Assembly (NCBI GenBank): GCA_025786725.1 | Contig: JAHLTZ010000054.1 | Span: 1-64,000, forward strand | From: Syncephalis fuscata S228 | Taxonomy: Eukaryota; Fungi; Zoopagomycota | Length of the DNA stretch: 64,000 bases | Direction: 5' to 3' | In this document: piece after piece, positions 51,051 to 64,000 of the stretch | Layout of the letters: every line of letters starts with the position of its first letter | Position numbering within the stretch: the first letter of the stretch is position 1 | Translations under genes and position numbers: made by a program | The notes under the pieces: model-generated | What the model saw: the letters and a program-made list of their open reading frames with translations, nothing else | Database searches by the model: none | What the model was told of the DNA's origin: nothing

Positions 51051-52180
51051 ATGAACAACTTTATTCAAGATGTTACTCAGTTGGTGGCACCTTCTGCTGG
51101 TGCCTATGCACTATTACACGTTTTTGCCAAAACCTGTCTTATACCATTGTTGAAGCAACAGCGTCGTATTGATGCACTTTCCATTTCTGATCGAATCAAT
51201 TTGGATGGATTGTAAGTAACAGAATAAGTAAATTGTTGGGCTAGTTATGACTGCTACTGCTATTAGTATTGCTACTGTTGCTACTACTACTACTACTACT
51301 GTCGTGCAGTAATAGTGGCTTGGTGCATATGCAGCTGTTACTATACCTTGTATTTGTGCTTCATTTGGTTGCTGACTTGTATTTGCTTATTAGGGCATCC
51401 TCTACGGTCCATGCTTTGCGTACGGGTATCGGCGCCATTCGCCTTATTATGATGGCACGCGCCTGGTCCAGTGATGCCCTTCATCCATATCCTGAGGAGG
51501 CAAGAAATCTGTTGGCCGAACACGCGGGCTATACACTTTATGATCTTGCAGCTATGAGTATGCAATCATACAACCAAAACGCAATGTGGACTCACCATGG
51601 CCTTGGCATTGCTGGATCCTTGGCTATGCTTTATTATCGCCGTGCCTCGTTCTTTCCGGTAGCTTTTCTTGCTACTGAAATGACCGTGCCAATTGTCAAT
51701 GCTCTTTGGCTTGTGGACAATGTTTTCAGCACGAAGAAAACACGCTATGAGGGCCGAGTTGGACAAATAAGAATGGCACTTGTTTGGCTTCGGGCCGCGG
51801 CCTTTGTCGTTTTCCGTTTGCTACTTGGTCCACTTTCCCTTTGGTATGCAATGGGACGACCAAGTGTAACACCGAGTCTTAATACGACTAATGCGAGAAC
51901 GACAGCATCGTCGTCCTCGATGCTGACAGACCCCACTGGCCCGCTTGATGGATCGGTGGGCGGCAAAGATGCCATAAACCTTTACTTGCCTGTCACAACG
52001 GCATCAACAGCGTGGAAAACATTCTGGCAGCAGATGTTGCAGCTTCCTGTACCGCTTTGGGCGGGTACTGCGACTAATTTGTTTATCTTCTCCATTCTCA
52101 ACGTTATTTGGACACGGGGGGCAATACGCGCACTTCAACGCGAGCTTGCCCGTTACCGATTGGCCCAACGTACTCGTTAA
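51051..52180 (+). CDS. TLC-domain (TRAM/LAG1/CLN8; TMEM56-like) membrane protein
   Basis: SSTVHA, GYTLYDL, MWTHH, FLATEMTVPIVNALW, FVVFR, LNVIW; exon 1 51051-51211. Confidence 0.85.
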
Positions 52181-55005
52181 ACAAGGGATGAAACTGCACA
52201 ACAAAGTCAACGTTATAACTTATGCCTTTGACCTATAACAAAATGGCTACACTTCTTTTAGTTCTTACAAAAAAGCGCCCTTCTATTACCCTGTAGTTGC
52301 AACAAAGAAAAAAGACACATCTCACAAAGATCACATTAATAACAATGACAACGGCATAAAAAACAGAGTTCTTTCTATCAAAAACACCACCTTTACATTT
52401 ACATCCCCCCTAACAAAATGATAATAATAGCACGTCTGAATGGCTATTATTGCTATTATTAGTGCTAATGATGCTATTACTCCGCCATTATGAGTAAACT
52501 CTATTACTACACCATTCATTCATTCATTTACGCACTTGTTCACTTAATGTGTAAATATTTTCTTCTTTGGCTATTTAGTTATTATTAATATAAACTATTT
52601 TGATATATATGTATTTATATACATGTACATTGTTGCAATTATAAATGATACTATAAATGCCCAGTTCACTCTGTTACAGGTATATCAAACACTTTTATTG
52701 ATACTCCTAGTGCAATGTTCCATTTACACAAAAATAGCAATAAAAGCTAGATGTCTTTCTCAATAGGTTATTAATTCAGATTTCTACGTAAAAGTATTTT
52801 ACAATTGCTACAGTCATTGGTGTTTAACCAGCATCATTTGTTATACTACAATCAATAGCCATGCTCATTGGCAATTGCCGTGTTTCAAATAACAAACTGC
52901 GCTTACAACTCCTTCCTTGCCCCTTCTTTCTTTTTTTGATGGTACACCTATATATAAATTTCTGCTTGCCAATTCGGGAACCAGTCGTATTAAATCGACC
53001 ACTGTAGTGGCAACGACTACTTTTATCTGTTTTACACTTTTAAACAATACAACCCGTGCCACACTATTTTTTTACATTCAAGCATTCTACTAGGTGCACA
53101 TTAGCATATACGTAGCATAGGCAAACAGAAAAACGAGCCGACCAACCGACTGATAAATAGACATATACACGTAATTCGTATTCACATTATCGTCGTAATA
53201 GTCGCCGTTACTGCTGTTGTTGCCACCATTGTTGCTATCATTGTTACTTTCTACCGCCTCCTTCTTGCTACTCCTTTCTTCTTCCCCGTCTAAATCAATT
53301 CTGGTAAGTGATCGTTCTATTCTTTGTTGTTTAACAAAGAAAGTCGGGCCGTTATCATGTTTTGCTTCTGAACCATGTAGGGCCCACCAAAAAAGGCGAT
53401 GAATGCGTGCTTATCCACATGTTAATGAACTACAAAGCATTGTTGTTGTTATTATGCATAGCAATTGTACTAGGCCAGTCATAACTACTTAGGGCCAGGT
53501 ACAACCTCCTCGTACTTGTCCTCCTCTAGCCCGTCTATTATTCATTATAGCCTGCTTGTGCGCAGTCTCCTCATCCTCCTCATCCTCATCCTCCTCCTTC
53601 TAATTTTTTTCTTTCGAATAATAGTCTCCTTCTTTATGAACCATCTGTTTTGACAGTGTTCTGTTACACGACTTTCCTTACACACACAACACAAAGTGTA
53701 AGAATAGTGTAGTGAGGAGTTTAGTCTTTACTGCCTCTCTTCTCTCTCTTCTCTCTCTATTACTGGTCGCCTCTACTCCCCTTTTGCTGCTCACTTAACT
53801 TTCCGCCTATCTTATTCGACCTTCGTCGTTTCGTTTCCCCTGCGCCTCTCATAACCAACCATAGTAGCCACAGCGCCATCTACTTATTCATTTACTTTAC
53901 CGGTGATTAGTTAGTCTTTACACTTTATACTTACGTAGTCTTATTTATGCTGGTGTGGCCGCACCAGCAACAATCTATTAGTTTATGTAAGGAATGCAAA
54001 TATTGCTATGTTTGATATGCTGGCTATTATTATCAATGGATACTGCCATATGATAGGAGCGGACATGAACTGTCGGCAGGTCGCGTGTCTTGATTCCTTC
54101 GTTTTGCTATGCTTGGTAATTCGGCGGGCGGTGTTATGAACGCATTTGCCTTTAACGGCACGTTTATCTATCGGCCACGTTTTTTTGTGTCCATTTGGCG
54201 TGGCGTTCTTTAGTTAAGCGCAAATATTTTGCTTAATCTATGTTTCTTCGCTTCTTCGTTTCTTTCCTATCAAGCTTTATATTCGTTAAACACATTGACT
54301 AGATCTCTTTAAAGATTCTACTTCGTTTAAACCAGCTCTTTGTTACACATAACACAGCATATCCATTTTGGGCGGTACGCTGTCTGTCCCACGTCGTTTT
54401 CAGCTTGGCATACGATTGAGTTGCATTCTATGACATTATTGGTAATCATTTATTAGATAGATAATTGCCTTTCAATTTGTAGCCATTGCATTGGATTGGA
54501 CATAGAACTATCTAAAAGACGAATCGTATTGAGTTGAATTTGTCTTTATTTAATGATAGACTAGGATAGATGCATATTATTTAATAATTATTACAAAGGA
54601 ATCATCTAATCTACGCACTATTACGCTTTTTTTATTCCTTCTATTAACAAAAAAGGCTATTATTATTATTATTATTATTTTCCTATTTTATAGTTTGACA
54701 ATTTTAATTAACTATTGAAATAGCAAATTAATATTATTTCATTAATTAGTATTTACATAAATTTGCTAGTTTATTAATCAATTGATTTAACAATACGTTA
54801 ATCAGTTGACTAGCCTAATTTAGACGGAATAACAAAGTATGTACACACATACCTGTACACGCGATAATAACTATTAGATAAATACAATTGACTAACATTT
54901 TGTTGTTGTTGTTGTTCTTTCCTATTAGCAACAGCATATTGAACAAGTAGCACGCGCTACTTTCACTTTTAATCTGGTGTGGTTGATTTATTATTTAGCC
55001 GTGGC

Positions 55006-56646
55006 ATGGCGTTGAAATGCCTATGGACTATGCCTCTGCAGGTATCTAGCCGTGCCATGCAACTAAAATGGCAACATTTTAGTCTGCTTCTTTTTATACT
55101 GGCTATATCTACGATCTCAGTTGTTTCGGCAGGTACAATAACTTCTGGTAAGTAAACGATAATGGATAGAGCATTTGGTTGAAGTCAATGATAAGCCAAT
55201 TTAGCATCTATAGTATCTATGATGATTTTGAACCAAATACAACTATTAGTGGCTTGTAATGTATGCTAATTTATGATATTGATTTAATTTATAAATCTAT
55301 AGATCGTCAAACACTTTTACGACGTGCCGATTGTCCGGCTGGCCAAACCTTTTGTGATAAGTTTGGCTGTGTTGCCGGTATTCGATGCCCACACGGTAAG
55401 CTGAATGACAACTATTGCATTTGATACGCATGGCTAACTACTACTCAATTCTACTAGCTTGTGCCTACTTTGATAGCATGCAGGCATGCGACCGTATCCA
55501 GGTTAATGGCAACAAGTGCGTTTGGTGGGGATCACAATGTATTCCAAGTAAGTTATTAAAAACAGTTTAACAAAGGATTGTTCTAACGCTTGTTACTTAT
55601 TCTGCAAACTACATTGATGTCTGTAATAGATGTCCAGTGCTCCATGGTTAATGGTCAATGTTCTGATGACTGCAATCTATGCGGCGTTTACGGTTGTGTG
55701 CCACGCGGCAATAAATGCCCACAAGGTAAGCTGTCAATTTAATACACGACAACGATAATAACTACAACATTTGCTAATTTATACAACTAGCCTGCGAAGC
55801 GTTTACCAACACTAATAATTGCAACCAGCATTTAGCTAGTAATGGTATTAATTGTCAATGGAATACACAGCGGAATATGTGTGGATATGGTAAGTAGTTG
55901 CAGCGATAATTATAGCTATTAAATTATTGGATTTACTAACAGTTTATCATTTAGCTGTTGGTGCTACACCTCTCGACCAACTCCAGTTTTCACCTAGTGC
56001 AATTGGTGGATCGCATCGCCTGCACCGAACCCATTGGAATTATTACGAATGATGCGTAACAATAGATAGCCAATAGTCCATCTCGATCCCCTGATGGTAT
56101 TCCAATTTCAGCGGTCAAATGGCCGCCTTGTCTGGCTCACCTACTGCAATGCCCAATTCAGTGGCCGGCAACAGTGCTGTCACTGGTGGAGGAGAGAAGC
56201 TTGGCAGTACTTCCGTTGATAATGCTGGATCTTCTAACAGCGCCAATTCAGCTACAGGTATTCCATCTGCAAAAGAAAGTAATCCTTCTGGTACCACTGC
56301 TACTCCCAATGCCAGCTCAAGCCCCTCACCACCTAATAGCAGTGACAATAGTTCGAATAATGAAGCACAAGATGGCAATATGCTGCAAACGTCATCCAGT
56401 GGATCCATTAAGATTTGGGGCGCATTTTGTGGCGTGGCGGTAGCATTGGTCGCTATTGCTGGTATTGCCTTTTTAGTTGTACAACAGCGTATGCGTGCAC
56501 GTCGCGAACTACTCGCTGAGCAAAGAAATGCAGAAATGCATAATGTACATCCAGAACATCGACGTGAATCATTGTTACCTTATGTACAAAATGTACTTGG
56601 ATCTAATAATGCTATTCAGCCTCCACCTGCCGCCGTTAATCATTAA
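55006..56646 (+). CDS. Type I membrane protein: signal peptide, two tandem Cys-rich modules, Ser/Pro/Asn-rich stalk, one TM helix, short tail
   Basis: Hand-spliced exons 55006-55147, 55303-55395, 55459-55547, 55630-55725, 55791-55889, 55955-56646. TM segment IWGAFCGVAVALVAIAGIAFLVV followed by QQRMRARR. Indels at ~55970-56120. Confidence 0.75.
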
Positions 56647-57357
56647 TTGTAGTGTATTGGTCACTGGTCATTACTAATTGCTACACTACTTTGTTGTTGC
56701 TGTTGTTATTTTTGCTGTTGTTGTTATCAGTATCCTCTTTATTACAATATTGAAGCTCTACTTATGGCTTCCATTGAACCATAATGATGATGACGATGAA
56801 AACTATAGCAAAAGACAACAAAATAATAAGGATTTATCCATTGTTTGTTTTGTTTTTTTGGCATAGATTACGTACATTGCTGCCATCGCAATTATACTAT
56901 TACTTTACTATTAGTTTCTCTGTTCTTTTTTACGAAAGAACAACTACCGCTTCTACATTGTCACGATCAGTGTCACGCTTGTCGTTTAATTTCTTTTGAT
57001 CGTGTATTCCTTCACTTTCTTGCCGTATATGTGCATGTTGCCAATGAGACTGAACATTACTACCTTACTACGATGACATTATCATATATTCTACGTGTTC
57101 AGCCATGTTACTGTGTTGTATGTCACATATATTTCTGATCAACAAAAGTATGCAGTTTTATTCATTAACAATCGTTGTCTACCTATATTATATAAGTTTG
57201 TTGAACACAATTATGTTTAATTATTTGATGTGCAAATTTAAAATGGCTTTATAATGCATTGCTGATATAGATTATTGAAATTGACATGTATTATATGACT
57301 AATGTATTTCAGTAATTGTCTGTTTATAATTTCAATATCAATAGTTTTATATTATTA

Positions 57358-58339
57358 TTATTGCTCCTCTTGTAGGTTCTTTTGGTGTGCCTCTAGTGTA
57401 CGCGCCAAATCACTTGGTACACGTTCCAATAGCGAGGTTAGTTGCTGTGCCGGTGCTGAAAGCAGTGCTAGCAATTCTGCACGCAATGTTTGGATATCTG
57501 GCAAGTCTGAGACACGGCGGATACCATCGGCACTGAACCATTGGGCGTCAAACCGGCCACCTAGTAAAATAAGCTTACGGTTCTTTTGTAAAGCCGCAAG
57601 TACACGTTTTATAGTGGCTGGATCCGCAGCGTTTGGCACCGGATCAGTCGTGGCCGTAGCGTCATTTGATGCATCGATAGGTGCAGCAGCCAAACGTACA
57701 AGACATGTTGGACCACAAAGCCAGGCCCGTAATGCATCGAATGACGGCTGACGTGGAATAGCAGCACGCATAATGGCCACACGCGCTACTTCAAGTATTG
57801 CATTAGGATCAGTTGTATCGGTGCTCATCGGCACCATGGCCGTTGTATTGGCAAATGCTGCTCGTAACTCAGATCGCAAATTTACAAGTTCAGCCGATGT
57901 CATATTATTGTGCTGCAATACAAGAACACCTCCGGCAGCCAATCGACTATTAGAGCTCATGATATCGCGATAATGCGTAAAAAGATATTCTTTTCGCTCT
58001 GGAAACGGTTGATTTGGTCGTCGTACAGCAAATGCCGGTTTATATTTCTTATTGCTGCTTGATGCAGTCGCTGCAGAAGAATCTAAAATAGACGCTGATC
58101 AGTAATCTGCATACAAGATTCATTTAAACTAACATGTTCTTGCTACTATAGACGTGAATCTAACGATATGCGGCTTTGCTGTTACATTGTTGGCTATTGT
58201 CGCTAATAGAAATTGCGCGTAATAATAAAATAAAAAGATTAGACAATATATTTAAATCATTCAGTTACTTACAATAACTAGACCGGTGCTGTGTCTTTGC
58301 GGCAGCACGCAGCGTAGTGGCCAAAGTACGCGACCACAT
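57358..58339 (-). CDS. Mitochondrial ribosomal protein uL10m
   Basis: Presequence MWSRTLATTLRAAAK; LQHNNMTSAEL..LRSEL, LCGPTCL, KLILLGGRFD, LPDIQTLRAELLALLSAPAQQL. Confidence 0.85.
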
Positions 58340-59160
58340 ACTGAAAAAGCGTCAAAAAGTGTTAACGAACCAAAAAAAAGAGTAAGCTATTACAAGCTTA
58401 TAATATGTATCTTTGTTTATGTGTAAGTTTGTGTGTATAAGTTAGTGTGTGTGTATATATAATAATAATGGGGACGAATGAATTGATGAAATGTATTCAC
58501 ACACACACACACACACAATGAGTCCCCACACACTGACACACACACTGACACACAATACACAGCCATCAATAAAGGATCCACGTAGTATTACTGGTGGGGT
58601 GGATTCACTCTCGTCCAAACGTACGCCACGTCTACATCCATTGTACTGGCCGCTTTAACGCGTATAAGCGCTTATTCACAGGTAGGATGACACTTGGATG
58701 CCCAGACATCTAGATGCAGTAGATGGATGGATGGATGGATAGTTGACATTGTAGCATGGGTGTGTATGCATATCGATGGAAAGCGGCTGCTTTGACAAGT
58801 AGAAGCCACAACAGTACATGGCATTAGTGCAAGACAACACATTTGAACAGAACATTGTCTTGAACACTAATATAATAGCCATAGATATGGTTTTTATTTA
58901 AATACACAATAATAGCCATTGCTATTGCTGTTGCTGTTATTGTCATTATTACTGTTATTGTAATGCCGGCTTGGCTTTACCGCTAACGTCAGCGTTGACG
59001 TCGACAGTATTGATAGCAGTAGCAATAGTAATAACAATAACAACAACAAGCTATTGCTACTATGCGTCACTACTTACTCATCTATTATAATACCTTTGAT
59101 ACTTTCTTAATACTTATGTACTAACTATATGTTTTATTGTTGTTGTTGTTGCAAATAGCC

Positions 59161-60370
59161 ATGGCCAGCGTCGCATCTGTAAACCCATTTACTTATCTTA
59201 ACGACGACGACGAGGGCAACAACACTGCCCCAACTGTCGTCGCTCCAGCAGCACCAAAAGATAAGAAGCAGGCTGCCAAGGACAAAAAGGCCGCTGCCGC
59301 TAAGGCTGCCGCTGCTCCAGCTGCCAAGGCTGCTGCTGCTCCAGAAAAGAGCCGCTCCAAGCCAACTGGTCCACGTACCGGTGCTCCAGCTGCTCGCGCC
59401 ACTGGTGAAGGTAAGTGTAGATCATAATGATAGTTAGCTATCTATAGACTGACCTGTATGCCTATAACTTACAATAATCATTATAATGATTGTTATAACT
59501 ACTTTCTAGGTCGCAACTATGAGGCTGAATCTCGCGATGCTAATCGCACACGTCGCGGTGGTGCCGCCCCTCGTCGTGGAGCTCGTGGTGCTGGTCGCGG
59601 TGGTCGCGGTCGCGAACACGATCGCCATAGCGCCACTGGTCTAGTGTAAGTGTCGATTGCGGTTATATGGTGTACTATAGTTACTTACATGCATGCATGA
59701 ATAGCGACTCCAAGAAGAAGGTCGAGCAAGGATGGGGCCATACCGGCGCTGACTACAGCGAGACTGACAAGCCTGCTACGTAAGTGCATATAGCGTGCCA
59801 CAGCTAACAGATAGATATTAATACACTATGCAGCAAGGCTACTGAGGAAACTGTCGAGGAGGTGTCCGAGGAGGACCAGGAACCACCTGTGAAGACACTC
59901 GATCAATACATCAACGAGCGCGCCGAAAAGCTCAAGTCAGCTGGCATTGAGTCTCTAGAGGCACGCAAGGTCGAGGCTGCTTCGCAGTGGAAGAACACCA
60001 CTGTACTTAAGACCGAAGAGACTGACTTTTTCATTGGCAAGGTAAGCAGCTAGCCTTGGGTTGATTAATCAACAAACCACGGCATAAGCGACTATATGCA
60101 CACTATATGCAACTACAGCTTATTAACAAACAAACAATTTTACATTAGTCTCAATCTACTACCCAGAAACAAAAGAAGAAGAAGCAAAACAAGGTTGTTG
60201 TCTCAATTGAGCAGCGCTTTGAAGAAACTTCATCATCGTTCTCTTCTCGCAGCACCCGCGGTGGTAGCCGTGGTGGTCGCGGTGGTCGCGGCGGTCGTGG
60301 TGGCAGCAGCCGCTCCGGCTCCGGTGCCATGAACGTTGATGACCAGAGCGCCTTCCCCGCTCTTGGATAA
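59161..60370 (+). CDS. STM1: Stm1/SERBP1 (HABP4_PAI-RBP1) ribosome/mRNA-binding protein
   Basis: SVNPFTYL, RGG boxes, GREHDRHSATG, QGWG, KTLDQY, C-terminal NVDDQSAFPALG. Confidence 0.9.
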
Positions 60371-61090
60371 ATCGCCACATTCTTTTCTACGGGAGGGCCA
60401 TAATGAGCGACGATCAGCGAGTGTAGGAATGCCGTTGTAGAGCATAATGGCTACACCTACGTGCACCACAATCAATGATTGCACTCATTTGCGGCCCTTT
60501 TTTATCCATGACCAACTATTACTACAACAGCAGCGGCACAGTGAATTCTGAATTGAGTGGTTTTAACAATTCGTGATTAAATACTGGAATCTTAAACTGT
60601 AGTAATGAATTTATTGATAGCCAAATTCAAAAAGTGTATAGTTTAATTATATGGCAATGATGATAATTAATGTTATTACCAGTGTCTATACCAACAATGT
60701 TACAATACAAAGTATACGAATGTTTTTACGTCTTTTTATTCGTTTATAACTTTACAGTGTTTATAGCTATTTGTAGTAATCAATAAATCATTGAACACTT
60801 TTATACAATAAATATAGTCTTTCCTCTCCTTTTCAAAGTACTGCGCTATTCTATACTACTTTTCTTTATCACACAGTGCGCTCCTTAACGCCCACACCAT
60901 CCCACGCCTTCGTTGCCTGCCTCTCTCTCTCTTTCTCTCTCTCTCTCTTACTTACTCTCTTACTTGCTCACTTGCTCACTTGCTCTTCCCTTCTCCTTCT
61001 GTTCTGTCGTCCAGTACCCATTGGGTGTGCTTGATTGCGCGCTTGAACTCTAATTGAAATCGAGATTCCTTTTCATCTATTCGTTCTTCA

Positions 61091-63247
61091 ATGGCCGAGA
61101 TCAACGATGGGACGGCAGCCGACCCTCCAGGCGGGCATCTCCCCGACATTGATCGCGGTAGCGGCAATCTACTTCATACACAGCATAGTATGAAGCCAAA
61201 GGCCATTGCGATGACACCTAACGCGACGGCAACCTCCACAGCGCTATCGTCACCTCAGTAAGTACAGCTTTGGGATTGTGGATAGTTGGCAGTGATTGGG
61301 CCAGCAATCGGATTAGTATTTGGCTTTTAGTAAACACGCTTGAGCCTGCGAAGCTTCTAGACTTTATTATTATGCGTTCGCTATGCTCGATTCGTACGAT
61401 CGGGCAGTTGCGTTGAGAATGGACATGCGAATCTTGCTATTGATTCTTTAATATTGTTTATTTTTCTTTTTTCTCTGCCATTCTCATCTACCACCAATAA
61501 CTTTGGTCGTAAAGCACATGTAAACGACATGGACACATAATATATGTTTAATAAGCTTTTTCATTTTATGATTATATATTTGTTGTTATTTCTCTGTGCA
61601 CACACTCTCTTACGTTCTACTTTCTTTCCCTCTGTGTGTGAGTGAATAATGGTGATACCACAATTATTGGATTGCCTTTTTGGGACTAGTTTATTTATAG
61701 ACTTTTAATTATTTACGCTGTTGAACAGCACTGTACGCATAGTTTTATCACAATCATTAGTGGCCGCTTTGCTAAAGCACGTCTGTAATGACTCCATACT
61801 ACCAGTATTTGGCTATCTTGGTGGACATACTGGCCAGGTGGCGGTAGAGGTGATGCACAAGGCCGTCGACATGAATATCTAGTTTGTCATGTCAGTGACT
61901 TTGTGGCCTCTGAGCGGTAAGTTAGGCGATAGTATTAATGATTTGTGGCTGATGGACTATGGCTATTTAAAGTGCCGTTGACACAGTACTTAATGAATTG
62001 CCTGAAGAGACGATTGGTTCATTGGAACGGGCAACTTTGCTTTTCCGTGATCGAGGACTTGATTGTATCGGATGGTATCGCAGGTAAGTAGAGACTGATC
62101 ATTAATTGTATACACTATAGTATTTACTATTTTTATGTGTAATAGTGCGCCTGGAAAGCTGACCTTTCAGCCTACATTGATGGATTTTCAACGACAACGA
62201 CATATGCAACGTCAAGTAAGTGGTGTTAATTACCATTAACATATACTTTATATTCTAATTTATCCCAGTTTCCTTGGTCGGTAGGAGCACTGTTGACACC
62301 ACCACCCATTGAAGATGGCGGCTATTTAGGCGATATTTCTCCTTCTTTTACTATTTTCCGAGTCCTTTCCAATTTTCTTAATGATCGATACGATACTACT
62401 TGTAATAACACACTATCATCTATCTCACGGCCAATTGACGTGCCAAGTGCCATTGTCCAGGTGCCGTTTGCATTTGCATCGCGAACGGTGACGGATCCAG
62501 TGCTATTTCGTAGACATCAGCACGTGCTTATGGTAACGAAGATTTGCAACTGGTCATTTAACACTGACGACTTACAACTTGACGGCAGAATACACTGGCT
62601 GAGTCTAGAAAGGCCCATGCTTTGCAACTGGCCGATAATGAGAACCGACGGGGCGCGTGTACAATTGCCGATACAGAATACGATGCCTTTTTGACGGATT
62701 TTTGGAAATCAAGTGTTGTAGAGGTAAATAAGCTATTATAGCTTGTCTATGCTATCTAATAATATAATGTCTAGTTAAGCAAATCTATAGAACATGATTT
62801 CGGTCACTGGCTGTGCATAAAGTACAGCTAAAGCAGCAAGTTGCTGACCGTATCCGTTCGCTGACCTATCTACGAGCCAAGCAGCAGTTGCAACAGCAAC
62901 ATCAGCATGCAATGCTAAACGAAAATGGTGCAGACCAAATGGCTGCTGCATTAGCATCAAGTGCCCATGACATTGAACAGCTATTGGCCATGGTAAAAAC
63001 TACATAGTTGTAAATATAGTGGATAATTAATTGCTGTATTATAGTTAATGAAACCTGTAAAGGCAAATCCTGATTATGGATCATTGGTCACTACGACAGT
63101 ACCACCGTCCACAGTACATCGATCCTTGCCACATCGTTGGTATACTCATGCTGGCATGCCACCATCATCGGCTGATGTGGATAGTAACAAGAAAGTCAAA
63201 CAGCATCGATTTCAAAATCAATTATTACTGATTTAGACACGGTATGT

Positions 63248-63292
<45 letters not shown>

Positions 63293-64000
63293 GACGTCTA
63301 TTTAATATTAATCTATTACTGTTATAGAAACAAATGACTAAAACTTCAAATCACCGCCGTGGTAAACAAGCAGTAAACCGACTATAGCTACCATCAATTC
63401 AACAACGATCGGCAATGGTTATTCAAAACGGGCCAAATTATCGACTGGTAAGAAAATAGTAAATTCTTTGGTGTCACTTCAATGAAACCCATCAACAGCC
63501 TACAGTATCGACAATCATCACTAATCCCACCTTCCGTAACATTGCAGCTATACCTGAAAATACAGCGGCTACATTAAACACGCACACAGCACCAATAGCT
63601 AGTCAATGGAAGAGAAGAGACGAAGATGAAGAGAGATTAATAGAGGGTGGTATAAGTTGCAACACTTTATTAACTAGTAATCTATTAAGAAAGTCCTCTT
63701 TACCATTGCCACCAGTATCAGCTCTATTTGATGATACTAACACTAACACTAATAAGCCTAATGGGTCAGTAATCGAAACAACGACAACCGACATTATTCC
63801 AACAGCAACTAAGAACGATCATTCATTGATTAGCCAGCCTGTGTTATCTGATACATCGCAACCAATACCGTCCATAGTATCGCCACCCATCCTTAATGGC
63901 GATTCTTTAGCACATCACCTACCAACTGGTCCGGCACGTCGAGAATCGTTTACTGACGTTGATATTTATCGCTTTACACAGCCTAGTCATTCTAGTTTAA
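61091..64000 (+). CDS. MPN (JAB1/Mov34)-domain protein with degenerate JAMM motif, then coiled coil and low-complexity region; runs off the window, several indels
   Basis: VRIVLSQSLVAALLKHVCNDSILPVFGYLGG...RGLDCIGWYRSAPGKLTFQPTLMDFQRQRHMQRQFPWSVGALLTP parallels MPN consensus H....EVMGLLGG...VGWYHSHP....PS..D...Q..YQ...FVG.I.SP. Confidence 0.7.
63250..63290. repeat. (AAT)n microsatellite in an intron
   Basis: Perfect aat run. Confidence 0.95.

Noticed and set aside
50170-52882. 12-mer gcaattgccgtg on both sides of the TLC gene, and palindrome gccgtgcacggc at ~50176
   Set aside because: Too short, with no extended similarity; compatible with chance.
60472-60556. Possible C/D snoRNA (ATGATT...CTGA with short terminal stem) after STM1
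   Set aside because: Box C is imperfect, I recognise no rRNA-complementary guide, and it lies in the expected 3' UTR.

Overview
Eukaryotic, AT-rich, intron-dense nuclear DNA (introns mostly ~45-70 nt, GT-AG) from an early-diverging fungus. Gene content and style suggest a Zoopagomycota mycoparasite such as Syncephalis, but that is inference. About 25 protein genes can be rebuilt by hand-splicing. Housekeeping genes: QDPR, ILV3, a UPF0415/DUF1308 gene, UCH37, SF3A1/PRP21, Asterix, GTP cyclohydrolase I, HemK/MTQ1, a Vps17-like sorting nexin, a DH-PH protein, Ybp/glomulin, a Ste7-type MAPKK, TDG, RPC5, an ABC1 kinase, NCE101, a TLC protein, uL10m and Stm1. These blocks are interrupted by AT-rich islands, and each island carries a copy of one decayed foldback/MITE-like repeat family. 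The most striking island (14.5-21.6 kb) holds a head-to-head pair of an intact-looking Ser/Thr kinase and a PD-(D/E)xK nuclease gene, bracketed by two repeat copies. It is a candidate mobile nuclease/kinase toxin-antidote or effector cassette. Other oddities: a secreted kinase with a tyrosine-kinase-like catalytic loop, a ~1,400-aa TFIIB paralogue lacking the Zn ribbon, a surface protein with a duplicated Cys module, a catalytically dead MPN protein, and a second Ste7-like MAPKK at the left edge. Many genes, including essential SF3A1, need a single base added in a homopolymer run, so the assembly probably carries indel errors. No tRNA, rRNA or CRISPR was seen. All alignments and splice models were done by eye.
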